Below are positions 36,801-50,906 of a DNA stretch of 64,000 nucleotides, in pieces. The notes under the pieces are model-generated. The model saw only the letters and a program-made list of their open reading frames with translations. It made no database searches and was not told where the DNA came from. This DNA is from Vicugna vicugna (Eukaryota), in assembly GCA_013265495.1 (NCBI GenBank), contig MU058781.1, positions 9,839,009-9,903,008 on the forward strand, read 5' to 3'. The position numbers were made by a program, and so were the translations under genes. Position 1 is the first letter of the stretch, and the number at the start of each line of letters is the position of its first letter.

Positions 36801-38914
36801 GTTTGAAAAGTTTCACCTATGGATGTACGGGTCCAGAGTCCAGAGATGTGATCTCCCCAGAGGCACCTGAGCAGCCAGAGGTCAGACACTGAGTTTTGAG
36901 ATGTGGTCACCCTGACGACCACTTCTTGAGCCAAACAGTTGTCATCGTGTGTGTGGGTACAAAAGAACCAGGGAAACACAACTTGGATTCAGCCGCACGG
37001 CCTCTGCAGAACTTCTGTTAAGACTGCAGGATCCTTCCTTTCCTCCGACGTGGGCCTCAGGTGGTCACAAACGTGCTACTCAGTTCAAGAACAGATGTTT
37101 TGAGACGAGGTAGCCTGAATGTCCCCCAGCTGTGGTGGTTTCAGGTGTGGTGCAACCCAGATTTTGTAGGAATCGGGTTTAGTATATGGTGAGAAATGAA
37201 AAAAACTGAGGTGAAAAAGGAGGAACTCCCCAGCACAAGAATTCAAATGACAGCTCTGACAGGAAGCCTCATTTCAAGAGAAATGAGGGAAAGTAATAGC
37301 AAAACGTTGAAAGGATTCAGCGATCTTCAGAGCTTCTGTTCAGGCAAATTGAGACCAAAACAGACAGAAAAATGCCTCATAATTTCCCTAATAACTTGGA
37401 CCTCTGGTTTTCTGTGAGAAGGCTGTTTTAACGGGGGCTTGTGCTGTTGAGAGAGAAGTACACTTAGTGTAAAGGCTGAGGGAATAAACGTACAGATTTG
37501 GGAAAATCCAACCAGACAAGTTATTTTTAGGCCTTTAAAGTTCACACTTAATCTGAATTATTTTATTTTTCTCCTTGCAGTGTTAACTGAACTGGTCTAG
37601 CGAACAACAATCAGCTTTATCCTGATTTTCCTCTTTGTTTTTTCGTCTACCGTATTATTTGATCATTTGAATGTTTTGAGGAATATAAACAATTTCCCAT
37701 CGCCTAAGTGAAGAATGAAAGATTTAGAATGTAGGCTAACCAGACAACTAGAGCTCAGAAAAGCCAGTGTCTTGTGGGGAGGAACATTGCCCTTTTATCC
37801 TTTGTGTTTCTTTATTTGTAGTTAGTCTTTGTCTGAAAACTTAACATTTATTGTCCATGTGATTATCATCTCTATAGGAGCACCAGAATCATGAGACCTG
37901 TCTCATTTTCAGACTCCCACAGCAAGATGATTTCTTAGAATGCATTTCCCAAAACATGTATATGTCACAGGCGGTAATTTGTACTTGTTTCAGCTTGGAG
38001 TTGTGTAGCTGTGGTTCCTGTCAGCGGGATGGCATCCATTGTTAGGCTGGTTCTGCATTATACTGATGAGCTCTTCCTTCTGGACTCCAAGGACACTGGT
38101 TTTCCTCTGCAGAATATATCTTGAGTCAGTGTGAAACTTTCAGCGTTAAATCTGTTGTAGACTTCTTTGTACGACTGAAGGGAATTTTCAACTTACCCAG
38201 ACTTCTTGTGTATAACAAATTACATTCTGTGTTCCCAGATGCCTTGTGCGCACTGGTGTTGTTTATTTTGTTTTGGGAGTCCTAGGGACCTCTAGATCTT
38301 TCTGCTTCTCCTAGAAGCTGTGCAGTAGATACCTAGAACGCCCATCGTGTTGAATGATGATTTATGTTCATCGCAGGGTCTGTAATTTGAGGTTGTTGTG
38401 ATCATCTGTTTCCAGATGTGCTATTATAATCAGAAAAATTTCCCCTATAAGTGTTTGTATCCTCCCCCTTGCCATCACCTTATGACCAGACAGTCCCTTG
38501 GCCTACTGAATTAGGAACAATTAAGATTAAAGTAAAAAGTCATCCAGCCACATCTGACTAGCAGAAAGCAGGGACTCTTGAAATAGCCTGTCAGTTTAAG
38601 TTAAAGTGTCCTACTTTTGGTAATGTTTTCATTTTAAAATGTGAAAAAGGATGACATTTGGCTGTCAGAGATAACATTTCTGACGTTTTTGTGTTTATAT
38701 ATTTGTGGTTTTAGGTTTGGTTATGAAGTTGGTCTCAGGTATCTTAGAGCATTAATACAGAATTTATAGAAGTAAAAGTTATTTTACTTTAAGTATATTT
38801 ATTATTTTAAGTATATAGATTTAAGATTTTTGCTGCTTGGTGTACTAAATTCATAAGAGTTTCTGTAATCTACCTCACCAAACTTACCTCTGTTTTATCG
38901 ATTTTTTTTTTAAA

Positions 38915-39002
38915 TAACTGGGACTGTCCCCGTTTTAGTCCTAAAGTCTGATATCCCAGGAAACTCCTCAGGCCCAGGCAGCTGGGACATCTGGTCACCC
39001 TA
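38915..39002. mobile_element. MER81-like hAT-Blackjack MITE fragment
   Basis: ctgggactgtccccgttttag...atcccaggaaactcctcaggcccaggc...tggtcacccta terminus. Confidence 0.7.
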
Positions 39003-39184
39003 CTCTGTAGCCATGTTCTGGTTCATGAGCTTCCCCTCGAGCCATGACTCTTAGAGCCAATGTCTACATTTGTGTCAAATTGGATTAGTCACCTTCTCTG
39101 TCCTTGGGATTCTGAATGCTGAGCTGAGAGAAGCACACTGAGACTAGGAGCTGTTTGCGGCCGTACTATGTTAAAGGCAGCCCT

Positions 39185-39362
39185 TTAGAGTAGTTACATA
39201 TTGATTGTACTTTAAAATCCCAGGGGAAACTTAAAATATACTGCTGAATAGGCCTTGACCCCCAAAACTGCTTTAATTGGTTTGGGATGGGGCCTGGGTA
39301 TGGTACTTTAAAGCAGTCTTATCCAGTGGTTCTAAGATGTAGCCAGAGTCCAATCCACTGCT
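39185..39362. mobile_element. MER5-like element
   Basis: ttaattggtttgggatggggcctgggtatgg...gttctaagatgtagccagag...ccactg. Confidence 0.65.
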
Positions 39363-39499
39363 CTAAAGAAAAGATACACAAACTCCCCAAGCTCCCAGCA
39401 TTGAGGCCTCTGGAATTGCCTTGATTTCTGCCCTTTCTGAAGCTTGCTAGTTCAGCAGTTTCTTGGATTCCATAAGATACTTGAATTTGTGCCCTTACA

Positions 39500-39722
39500 A
39501 CTGTTTACATACATTTACATAGTATTTACAACCTTTACATAGCATTTAGGTTGTATTAACTATTCTAAGTAATGTAGAGATGATTTAAAATACACAGGAA
39601 GATGTGCCTAGGTTATATGAAAATCCAGCGCCACTTTGTATCAGGGACTTGATCACATGCAGGTTTTGGTATCTGTTGTGGTCCTGGAACAGGTCACCTG
39701 TGAATACCGAGGGATGATTGTA
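39500..39722 (-). mobile_element. MER2 (TcMar-Tigger) fragment
   Basis: agagatgatttaaaatacacaggaagatgtgcctaggttatatg...gtcctggaac...gaataccgagggatgattgta. Confidence 0.85.
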
Positions 39723-41819
39723 CGTAAATGTTATATGTAAGTTAAAAAACAAGCACATACGATGCATTTTCACTATGTGTGCGCACAGATACATACACAC
39801 AGTTACCAAAAATTTTACTAGGACATTTACCTGTACTACCATTATTACTGATTTTTATTGACCTTTCTCTACTTCCTACATTTCTTTAATGACTGTTATT
39901 AAAACTAGAAAAATTATGTCCAAAATTGGTAGCCAATATATGTAAAAAACCATTCTCTTGATTTCGTACTATTCTGAAGAATTCACGATAGTTTTTACAG
40001 CTGTATTAGTTGTTTCCCACAGGTGTGTATAGTGTTGAGAAAGAAATGGGATGTGTGTATGTAGCTACCATCCTGTGATGGAGGCTGGATGATCTTTGCC
40101 TGACTCTGAGTTTATTATTAACAGTTGAAATGTATCCATGAATTGGGTGCATGAGGGAAGAAACTTCTTCTATTGTGTACTTTTAAAATTCTTGGCATAA
40201 CTGCAGATGTGTGCTTTGATTATAAACATTACAGACAGTCATAAATTTATACGTGAACTTGTTTGTTAGTATTACTAGGCTTTACTACCTTACCGGAAAA
40301 TTAAGATACAAACCCTAATTGTGATAACCCACAGAAAGTCTCTCCTATGGGCTAAAAGCTACAGTCAAAGCCTTTATGTGAATAGTTACATTTTGGAAGA
40401 GAAGGAATAATTTAAACTTTGGGAATACATTGATTATTCTTATTTCGCTATGAGCATTGCCTGTTTCTTAGGTTAAATATATTCATATACATGTGATTAA
40501 GAGTATACACAAAACCAAATTTTGTCATGATTTGTTTGACAGAAAATTTTAATAAAGCTGATTAATTTTGATACAGTATTAAATATGAGGTATGAGACTA
40601 GATGCTTTACATTCATGTAACTTAATTCTCTTAACAGCCATTCAAGGTATGTAACTATTCCCATTACAAGGCAGATGCAAATAAGTAATTTGCTTATAAG
40701 TTAATTATTTTTCATCATCACCTTTATTTTGAAAATACATAGTTAGAATCTAATCCTCTAAATCCTATGATTGATTTATACATTTATTTGGCACAATATA
40801 TATTTTTTTTGTGGAATATGCATTGTAGGTGATCATAAACTCTCTGAGTATATATTGCTGTATTCTAGTGTAAGTAGAATTTGAGGTTATTGCTTTTGAG
40901 TCTTTGCTCATAAATCTGAAATGTGTACTACCACAAATTTATTGCAACTATTAATAAAAAATTGGTGAGACTTCTGAAGAACTCCATTAAGCATCAGATA
41001 CAGTGGTTCAAATTCACTGTTTTAAAATATCAAATTAATATTAAAATATAACATGGGGAAAGTAAAGTATAAAACATTAAATTACACATGCATTTTAAAA
41101 AAATATTAATGGCATGAGCTATCTTCTTCTATTTTGTTTTATTAGAACTTGCATCTCCAGAAAAACTCTCCCTATAATTTTGTTGCAGCTTGTCTGTGGG
41201 ATGCATTTTTTAAATCCCTAGTGTTCCATCATTAGATAAGCTTGCAAAATCCTGGGTTAAGTGAAATTAAACAAGTTATTTGGTGTGGGACTTCACAGAA
41301 TTTTTAAATGGCTGATATACTCTGTAAATTGCCCAAAGAAAACTATAGTATGCACCATTTCTCAAATGTATTTGTTCGCAGAATCCTATTTAAAGAGAAC
41401 ATACCCTGGGACTCGAGTCCTGTGAAACACTGAGAAAGAGTTATGACATCTGGACCTGCTAGAGTGGAAATAATGAAAATGGCTTTATTTTTGGCAACTA
41501 GAATGTGGTCTCAGGTGACACCGCCATTCCCAAATGGGCAGATATTTCTCAGCAATAACTATTGCACATACAGACTCTATGTATATACCTGTGGGATTGC
41601 TGTCTAAATATGTGATTTGAATTTGAAGACCAGTTGAATGAGTCTATTAGCATATGTGTAATAACATTTGATTCACAAAACAAAACAATACAGCATTTAA
41701 TATGGTCCTTAAACCTATATTGGATTAACATATCTCACTAAAAAATTACCTTATAATATCTTTATTTAGCAGTAGCAGAAATATTTTTAATCAAAATTCA
41801 GCATCAAAAATGACAAGCA

Positions 41820-42118
41820 CAGAGGACGTTGAGGGCAGTGAAATTAATCTGTGTGATACTGTGATGGTGAATACGTGTCATTATACGTTTGTCAAAACCC
41901 ACGGAATGCACACCACCAAGAGCGAACCCTAGTGTAAGCTGAGGGCTTTGAATGATAATGGTGCATCAGTGTAGGTTTATCAGTTATAGTAAACGTACCA
42001 TTCTGGTGTGGAATGTTGATTGTGGGGGAGGCTGTGTATGTGTGGTTATGGGAAATACACCTTCCACTCAATTTTGCTGTGAACCTAAAACTGCTCTAAA
42101 AAATAGTGTATAAAAAAA
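41820..42118 (+). mobile_element. L1MC-type 3' end
   Basis: gggcagtgaaa...gtcattatacgtttgtcaaaaccc...tcaattttgctgtgaacctaaaactgctctaaaaaata. Degenerate TSD aaaatgacaagca / aaagtgacgagca. Confidence 0.88.
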
Positions 42119-42477
42119 GTGACGAGCATATACATTTTCAAAACATGAAGGAGAACCTCTTCTCTCTTCTAATGGAGGCATAAGTTGAATGAAGATGAAA
42201 GAACAATGTAGATACAGAATCTGGTGGATCTATACAAGTTTTATACTCTAAGCACATTTTACATAAAAATAGGGCAGTAAAAAGTTTTGCCCATGGATGG
42301 ACAATCACAGCACTGCTGACACCAAATATCTCAATGGCCAGAAATTCTTCAGATGTAATTTCCTTTCTCATACAGCTATTTCCTACAGGTAGGAAAGCCA
42401 GCTTTTGTTTCAGAGAGGGGCAAATATGCAAAAAATAATAATAATCCCTAAAATAGTATTGATAACCAAGTTTGACA

Positions 42478-42654
42478 ATTTTTACTGAAGTATAGTTGAT
42501 TTATAATATTGTGTTAGTTTCAGATTACAGCGAAGTGATTCACTTATACATATTTTTTCAGACTCTTTTCCATAATGGATTATTGTAAGATACTGAATAT
42601 AGTTTCCTGTGCTATACAGTAAATCTTGTTGCTTATATGTTTTACATATAGTAT
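42478..42654 (-). mobile_element. Young L1 3' end with TSD
   Basis: gaagtatagttgatttataatattgtgttagtttcag. TSD aagtttgaca at 42468-42477 and 42655-42664. Confidence 0.88.
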
Positions 42655-42954
42655 AAGTTTGACATGTCTTGAAATTAAAATTTATTTTAATGGATTTTCA
42701 GCTTTTAATTAGGAGTACAAGTTTTTCTTACAGCCCTTGAGTTAGGAATAGAAGTGGAAAGGGTAATGTGGAGGGTGTGATAATGAGTTTAAATGAAAAT
42801 CAATGAAGGTTCGGAGACTGGACAAAGCCCATGAAATCTAGAAAAGATTTTTGCATTCTACCTGATTGAGTCCTTCCAGATTATAAGTCTCAGGTACAAA
42901 TGTTGGCATTTGAAGATGTGTGTCCATCTGTTTTCATTTTTATTTTGTCCTTAT

Positions 42955-43310
42955 TTAAAAAGTTGTCGAGGTATGATTGACATACAATATTGTATTAGTT
43001 TCAGGTGTACAACATCGTGATTTGTCATTCAGATAACTTGAGAAATGATCACCGCAATGAGTCTAGTTATCATCTGTCACCATACAAAATTAGTGCAATA
43101 TTATTGACTGTATTCCCAATGCAGTACTTTATACCTCCGTAAGGTATTTATTTTGTAACTAGAAGTTTGTACTTCTTAATCCCCTTCATTCATTACACAC
43201 TCCACACACACACCTCTCTCCCCTTTGGCAACCACCTGCCCTTTCTCTGTATCTGTGATTCTAGGTCTTGTTTTGCCTTTGTTTGTTTGTTTTGTGTGTT
43301 TGTTTTTAGT
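42955..43310 (-). mobile_element. L1 3' end (L1MA9-like)
   Basis: ttagtttcaggtgtacaacatcgtgatt...agtctagttatcatctgtcaccatacaaa...tggcaaccac. Confidence 0.85.
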
Positions 43311-44120
43311 TAATTTCCAGATTCAAGGTGTTTGGTTAACTAAGTGTATATTATTTCCATTTTTTAAATTCTAGCACTGGTCCTAATCTCAGGGAAGTTG
43401 TTAAATGACCAGCCCCCCCCCCCCAAATCAGATTGTCCCAGATCTTCCTAACTCAGCCACACATATTCATCAACTTAAGCCTCCTTAACACCTAGGTTCT
43501 TCATGGAGAGATCAAGGTATTGGGGCGCAACACACAAGAAAGAATTACTCCAATCAGTTATCCTGCCTTTCCCTGTATCCCAAGGATGCCCTTATGATTT
43601 GAGGATTCTTTCTTGGAATACCTTTGGCCAGGGATGGATGTGATGATAAGGACCTCTCTAAGACTTTGGCTTACTGCCACTGTGCTTTCACCTCTGAGAC
43701 TTGACTTCAGTTCTATCAAAGTGTCATGTAAAAAGCAACAGATACATGCAATGACCGTCTTCTGAAACCATTGCTACCCTGTGAATTTGTCATCAATAGC
43801 AGGCTTTTCACTGGCTTATTTCTCCTTAGATTCTCATTACCTCTTCACTCAACTTATACCATCAGTATCTGATGCTTACATCATGTTTGCTCAATGGCTT
43901 CTCTATAATCCTTGGTAAAGCAAAGTTTATTGTAACTCCAAGGCAGCATTTTGGGGGGTCTTTTTTGGTTAGCAATAGCTGACAAAAAGCAAAATTATTT
44001 TTTTTAATAAACAATCTTTTAATAATTAGCCATCTTTAATTTTTCTCATTATCTTATCTTACCTTAAGATAAGAAAAACACAAGAAATGGAATAAATGCA
44101 ATAAGAAAGATTACTTAGTA

Positions 44121-46472
44121 CAGGCATATCTCAAAGATACTGCAGATTCAGTTCCAGATCACTTCAGTAAAGTGAATATCACAATAAAGTGAGTCACACA
44201 ATGTTTTTGGTTTCCCAACGCACATAAAAATTATGTTTACACTAATCTGTTGTCTGTTGAGCATGTAATAGCATTATATCTAAAAAAAAGTATATATTAA
44301 TTAAAAATACTTTACTGCTAAAAAATGCTAGCCATCATTTGAGCCTTCATCAAGTCATAGTCATTTTGCTGATTGAGGGTTCTTGCCTGGATTTTGATGA
44401 TTTCTGACTGATCAGGGGTAGCTGTGGCAGTTTCTTAAAATAAGACGACAATGAAGTTTTCCTCATGGATTGATGCTTCCTTTCATGAACAATTTCTCTG
44501 TAGCATGCAATGCTGTTTGATAACATTTTACCTACAGTGGAAGTTCTTTCATGATTGGAGTCAGTCCTCTCCAAATCTGCTGCTGCTTTCTCAACTAAGT
44601 TTATGTAATACTCTAAATCCTTTGTTGTCATTTCAACAATCTTCACAGCCTCTTGACCAAGAGTAGATTCCATCTCAAGAAACCACTTTCTTTGCTCAGC
44701 CATAAGAAGCAACTCCTCATTCATTAAAGTTTTATCTTGGAATAGCAGCAATTCAGTCCCATCTTCAGGCTCCATTTCTAATTCTACTTCTCTTGATATT
44801 TCCACCCCATCTGCACTTACTTCCTCCACTGAAGTCTTGAACCCTCCAGAGTCATCCATGAGGGCTGGAATCAACTTTTTCCAAAATCCTGTTACTGTTG
44901 ATATTTTAGCATTAAAAAATTCTTCCCATGAATCATGAGTGTTCTTAATGGCATCTAGAATGGTGACTCTCTTTCACAAAGTCTTCAATTTATTTTGTCC
45001 AGATACATCAGAGGACTCACTGTCTATGGCAGCCATAGCCTTATGAAATGTATTTCTTAAATAATGAGACTTGAAAGTTGAAATGACTTCTTGATCTGTG
45101 GGCTGCAGAATGGATGCTGTGTTAAAGGCATGAAAACAACATTCATCTCACTGGACATCTCCATCAAAGCTCTTGGGTGACCGTGTGCATTTTCAGTCAG
45201 CAGTCATATTTTGAAAGGAATCTTTTTCTGAGAATAAAGTCTCAACATTTGGCTTAAAATATTCAATAAACCATGTTGTCAACCCATGTGCTGCCACCCA
45301 GGCTTTGTTGTTCCATTTATAGAGGACAGGCAGAGTAGTTTAGCATAATTCTTAGGGGCTTAGGATTTTCAGAATGGTAAATGAGCACTGGCTTTAATTC
45401 TGGTCACCAGCTGCATTAGCCTTGAACAAGAGAATTAGCCTGTCCTGGGAAGCTTTGAAGCCAGGCGGTGACTTCTCCTCTTCAGCTATGGAAGCCCTAG
45501 ATGACTCTTCTTCCAACAGAAGGTTGTTCCATCTGCATTGAAAATCTGTTGTTTAGTGTAGCCACCTTCATTAATTCTCTGAGCTAGATCATCTGGATAA
45601 CTTGCTGCGGCTTCCTTATCAGCACGTGCTGCTTCACTTTGCACTGTGATGTATGGAGACGGCTTCTTTTCCTAAGCCTCATGAACCAACCTCTGGGAGC
45701 TTCAAACTTTTCTTCTGCAGCTTCTTAGCTTTCTTGGACTTCATGGACTGGAAGAGAGTTAGGGCCTCTAGATTAGTGTGTTTTTTAAGGGAATGTTGTG
45801 GCTGATTTGATCTTCTGTCCAGACCAGTCAAACTTTCTCCATATCAGCAATAAGGCTGTTTCACTTTCTTATCATTCGTGTGCACAGTGGTGAAGCACTT
45901 ATAATTTCCTTTGAGAAATTTTCCTTCACAACTTCAGTAGCGGGCACAAGAGGCCTAGCTTTCAGCTGATCTCTGCTTTCCCCATGCCTTCCTTGCTGAG
46001 CTGAATCATTTCTAGCTTTTGGTTTGAAGTAAGCCTTCCTTTCACTTGGACACTTAGAAGCCATTGTAGGGTTATTAGTAACCTAATTTTGATATCGTGT
46101 GTCTCAGGGAATAGGGAGGCCCAAGGAGTGGGAGAGAGACAGAGATTGGTTAGTTGGTGGAGCAGTCAGAACACATGCAACATTTATTGGTTAAGTACGC
46201 CATCTTAGATGGGCATGGTTCATGGTACCCCCAAAACAATTACAATAGTAACATCAAGATCACTGATCACAGATCACCACAGAACATGTAATGATAGTGA
46301 AAAAGTTTGAAATCTTGTGAGATTTATCAAAATGTGACACAGGAGACAAAGTGAGCAAATACTGTTGGAAAAATGGCTCCGATAGACATGTTGGATGCAG
46401 GGTGGCCACAAACTCTCAATTTACTTAAAAAAAAAAAAAACCTGTAAAGCACTATAAGATAAGGTATGACTG
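44121..46472 (-). mobile_element. Near full-length Tigger1 DNA transposon (~2.35 kb)
   Basis: TA|caggcatatctc ... aaggtatgactg|TA termini with TA target duplication and internal transposase remnants. Confidence 0.95.
44350..46064 (-). pseudogene. Disrupted Tigger1 (pogo/TIGD1-like) transposase
   Basis: N-terminus MASKCPSERK...TRMIRK (45861-46064) and C-terminal open segment ...LMDDSGGFKTSVEEVSADGVEISREVELEMEPED...KMLSNSIACYREI (44350-44874). No continuous ORF spans the two. Confidence 0.9.
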
Positions 46473-48129
46473 TAATAAGTTTAGGAGCATAAATCTATAA
46501 CAAAGATTTGTGAGAAATTAGTAAATTTCCTCAGTATTAACCAGCTACTCAATTCAGGAGCTTGAAATTTCTTTGAAGGCTAGTACAGGAGACTCAGATG
46601 TGCTTTCTTTCTGGCTCAGTGGTTCTCCAGGAAAGTCCTGTTGGAACGTGGGTAGGAAGTGACTTCTTTTGCAGAATGTCTGATTACTGCAGAACGTTTC
46701 ATCCCCCACATGCAGTAAGCTCTCTTCAGGCATTCTGACAACCAGAAAGCCACTCCTTGCAACGTAGTTCCTGATGGCCCCCTAGGAAACACAGTACTGC
46801 TCCAGGTGAGAAACTTCGCTTCAGTGGAGTTGTACTGATCTAATTCATAAGACAATTAACTCTGAAAAAACAGTGTTGTAGAAGCTGGTGAATGTTTCAT
46901 GAATCAGAATTGCCAGCCCTTTGACTGAGAATTCACTGTACTTTGTTTCTGGGTGCCTGTAATGATTATATCATGTCCTCATGAAGACCAGACCCATTTC
47001 CCTCTGTGTGTGGTCCCTTTATTGCCCACCGAAAGTCATACTGACAGAAAGAAGGTTCCTAAGAGTCCTTTAGATGTCCTGAATGCTAAAGCCTCTAGAC
47101 AATCTGCTAGAAAAGTCTATTTCACTTTTTAATATAGCACATGAGAAGAAAATCAGCTTATTATTTAACAGATGGAATCATTTTAACAGTCACAATGACA
47201 AAAGTTTAATTAGTATTTAAGATCAAAATTTTAATAGGGAGGATAAATCTAAGTAAAAGAGTAGGATGTCATAGTATCTTAAAAACAGTAAGTGTCGTAG
47301 GAGACACAAGTTCAAAGCCTGGTGCTGATTATACATGGATGCCTGGGTGGCCTGGATTTTATCACCACTTCAGCAGCCCTCAGTTTTCTCATATATAAAA
47401 TGAAGGATTTATATGTTATCAGTTAGACCTAAAATTCAATCTTTCTGTAATGTCCAGTTAATCTGCACAAAAACAAATAGCAACAGCACCTAAATTGAAA
47501 ATAAGTATCTCCAGAATTATATGTCATAACTGTCAAAAAATGAGATTTGATCCAGGCAAGATGACCAACAGACTCTTGTTTTTATAATATCACAGCTGTA
47601 TTAAAGAAAAGCTAATTTACATAATGTTAACTCCTAGTGAAGTTCTGGGTAAGGTAGCAATGACTTCATTTTTATTTTGGGGTCAAATTTCTTGAGAAAG
47701 TTGCAGTATGATTATATGGATTACTGTGGATTTATTCAGCCCCTTTTCTGTGTTGAATTGTGATACACAGTACAGAAAATCGCATGGAGTCTAGACATTA
47801 TTTAATACCACATGCTGCCAAATCGTGCTAAGGGCCCCTTTTGCTGCTTCTGAGTTGTGTTTGGAGGGTGACTTAATTCAAAATGGAAGACAAGTGAAGC
47901 ATTATATAAAGTCTTATCTCTTTTTGCTCCCCTAGTAGAATGGATTAATAGTTCTTATCCCAGGAAAGGCTGACAAAATGTAGCACCTTCCAACAGTGTG
48001 TCTATGCTCATTTTCTTAGCTTGAATTCTTCCTGGCATGGTTAATGAATTCCAGGGAAGAAGAACTTTTTTGCTGATTAACCTGAGGTGTATATAACGTT
48101 CCAAAGAAGCCATGTTTAAATGAACTTAC

Positions 48130-48640
48130 TTACTTCGTTCATCTGTCTCCTGTGCCTTTTGGAATCCTACTTTATACCAGGCAATGTGGGAAGGGATTAA
48201 AATAAATGTGAACTGGACACATGCAGGGTCATGCAGGGCAGTGTGAAAAACAGACATTCAAACAAATGATTGCAATTCAATATAATTGTTACGGTAGAAA
48301 AAGGTGCAATAGTAGAATAAGAAATGGGAAGAAGACCACAGTCTGCCTGGATGATTGGGGAATATTTCACAGAGAAGGCACTTGAGACTTCAGGGAAAAT
48401 CAGAGGGTACACTGGAATTTGGTCTTATAGATTAAGAGCAGGTGGGTGGGGAGAGTGTTTCAGGAAGGGGCACCACAAGGATGAAGGCGTGGAGGATGGA
48501 GAGCCTGGGGTATGGGAGGCACTAGAAACATTTGGGGGCTTTGTAGGTTTTATGATCGAAGAAGCTGAGACAGAGCAGACCACGGAAGTCACACTGTAAA
48601 TCTCTGCATTTCATGCTGAAATGCTGAGGTTCAATCATGT
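48130..48640 (-). mobile_element. L2 fragment
   Basis: cctactttataccaggcaatgtg...ggaatatttcacagagaagg...caaggatgaaggcgtggagg. Confidence 0.6.
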
Positions 48641-50418
48641 CGCACTTGCTTCCTGATACAGAGTTAATTTAACCTCGGGGTTAAACATAAACATGTTATT
48701 GGATACTTGAACTTGCTGGACACCAAAGCATTGTCTTCCTTGAGCAGCAATTCAACTCATCTTAAGTAATGTGAAATTTTTATTGACACATGTATATAGT
48801 AAGAATTAGAAAACAAGCATCATGTATTGTAGAGATTAAACATTACATGTCAGAGAAGTTTCCCTAATGAAGGTGATGTTGAGGGCTACGTGCCCAGAAC
48901 CTCGGTGGGTTTTTTGCCTTTGCTTTCCTTGATCATGAGGGCCTCTTTACCACAAGAGCTTATGAAGGTTTCCTGGACTCTGATATATTATGAGGTTTCA
49001 AAAACAAGTGATGGGGAAAAAGTGGACAAAGCTATTATTTACAATGAAATGGAGTTTAACTTTTTTTTTCTTACAACAGTAAGAAATATTCCCAGCAAAA
49101 TAATTAAATTTTGTTGTTGGTATCAGCAGCCTTGTTCACGATACTACTGCATCGTGCTTATCAAGCTTAAGGAGTACAATGAAAGGATTCTTCTTCGTTG
49201 TATGAGACAATCCAACAGAGTTTCATATTGCTCTTTAGAAATTGAGAATTAAGGCAGCCCTGAGGGAAGACATATGCCCCTAAACAGATCTTCCAGGAGA
49301 CATGAGGAGTTGATGACTAAAGTCTAAGCAGTTTTGTCATATTGAAAACTGATATTTTGTATCATATTCTGGCACTGTTATAAAATTGCAAGTAGTTAAA
49401 TGAAACATTACCTTAACATGAAATCAAGAGAGATAGGCCACAATAATGATTATTTTCTTTTGAGTCTCTCTTGTTCGTGGCCCACGTGGACTTTATGTTT
49501 TTAGGGAATGGCTGAAAATCTTTTTTATTTAAAAATGATTACTTGAAAGGAATTCAGTAACAAATGTCACCTGTTAAGCTGAATGCAAAATTACTTAACT
49601 TAATTGAAGAAGTGATAACACAAAAGTGAACACAAAATCACTTTACTCAGTGTATTTTCAACAAACCAGTAAGGAAAAATATTTGGTAATTTAAAATATA
49701 TCAGCTATTTAAAGTTCTAGTTCCTTAAGAGAAGCCTGAAAGCCTTTATTTGTAAAGTGGATGCGATAATAATGTTAATGAAAATTCTGCTTTCTATTCC
49801 TATTTCACACCCTTGAAATCTCTTTGACTCTGGCCAAGGTGCTTAGTCTCTCACCTCCTTTCCATTTTGAGAAGGCTATAAAAATATCTATCTTCTTAGT
49901 CTGTAATTAAATGAGATAATGCCTATAAACCAGAATATTTTGTGCAAATGTAAGGTGGTGTTATTATTCTGTTAGTGGCCATAAGTAGCCCCTCACAGAG
50001 TATGGTAATTTTCCTTTCCTTTTGTGGATTTAAATGACCAGTTTCATGTAGGCAAGCTTGTCATGCTTTCGATAGTTTTGTCTGTATCTTGAAATTGAAT
50101 TTTAGTTCACATTGTTTCCTGTTTTCATGTTGCCTTTTCATGATTTTGTAGTTGTCATATTCTTCCAATTCAGAAAATTAATGTCACAAGATAAAGTAAT
50201 ACAAATGTATTGCAATCACGTTTCCCCCCAAATTAAAAAATAGAGGCGAGAAAGAGAACAGCCACGTTACTACTACCCAAATACAACTGCTACTTCCTGC
50301 CAGTCTTTCTTCCTATTTACTATGATGGTATATTTATAGAATGTTTCATGTAATATTATAGCATAAAGGTTTTTCTAGGTAGTGCTGCCCTTCCTCCTCC
50401 CTCCTCATTGTGTGAATC

Positions 50419-50635
50419 AGGGGGTTAGCAAACCTCTCCTGCAAAGGACCAGATGGTAACTATTTTATTTCAGGCTTACAGGCCATTGGGTCTGTCACAT
50501 CACTCAACTCTGTTGTTGCAGTGGCCACAGACAGTATGTGAATGAATAAGTGTTGCTGTGTTTCTGTAAGAGTTGACTAACAGATGCAGGCTCAGCGTTA
50601 GATTTGGCCTGTGGGTCCATAATTTGCTAACCTTT
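50419..50635. mobile_element. MER58A
   Basis: cagggggttagcaaac...aaaggaccagatggtaactatttt...actcaactctg...gatttggcctgtgggtccataatttgctaacc. Confidence 0.85.
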
Positions 50636-50716
50636 CAAGAAAATGATTACAAGTTATTTTATTATTTAACTGTGAAATTGTTGGGTTTTTTTAGAGTTAT
50701 TTTATATTTCTTTCTT

Positions 50717-50791
50717 TGTTATTTTTTTGAACAGTGATATGAATATAGATCTTTTATTCTGTTTTTTGATAGGGGAAGGTAATTAAGTTTA

Positions 50792-50834
<43 letters not shown>

Positions 50835-50906
50835 GTACTGGGGATTGAACCCAGGACCTTGTACATGCTAAGCATGCGCTCTACCACTTGAGCTATACCC
50901 TCTCCC
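50717..50906 (-). mobile_element. tRNA-derived SINE (camelid vic-1 type) with internal (GAT)12 and 3' extension
   Basis: Reverse strand reads gggagagggtatagctcaagtggtagagcgcatgcttagcatgtacaaggtcctgggttcaatccccagtacctcc (A box, B box). TSD tttatatttctttctt at 50701-50716 and 50911-50926. Confidence 0.92.
50795..50830. repeat. (GAT)12 microsatellite
   Basis: Directly visible. Confidence 0.97.

Noticed and set aside
37555..37620. Strong acceptor ttttatttttctccttgcAG (similar one at 5469)
   Set aside because: No good donor at exon distance and early stop codons. Isolated acceptors are common in T-rich introns.
46730..46805. Possible 76-nt + exon (HSDNQKATPCNVVPDGPLGNTVLLQ, CAG|GTGAGA)
   Set aside because: Short pyrimidine tract, competing upstream AGs and no recognisable peptide.
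50831..50906. tRNA-like sequence with A and B boxes (also 57813-57893)
   Set aside because: SINE head with tail and TSD, not a genuine tRNA gene.
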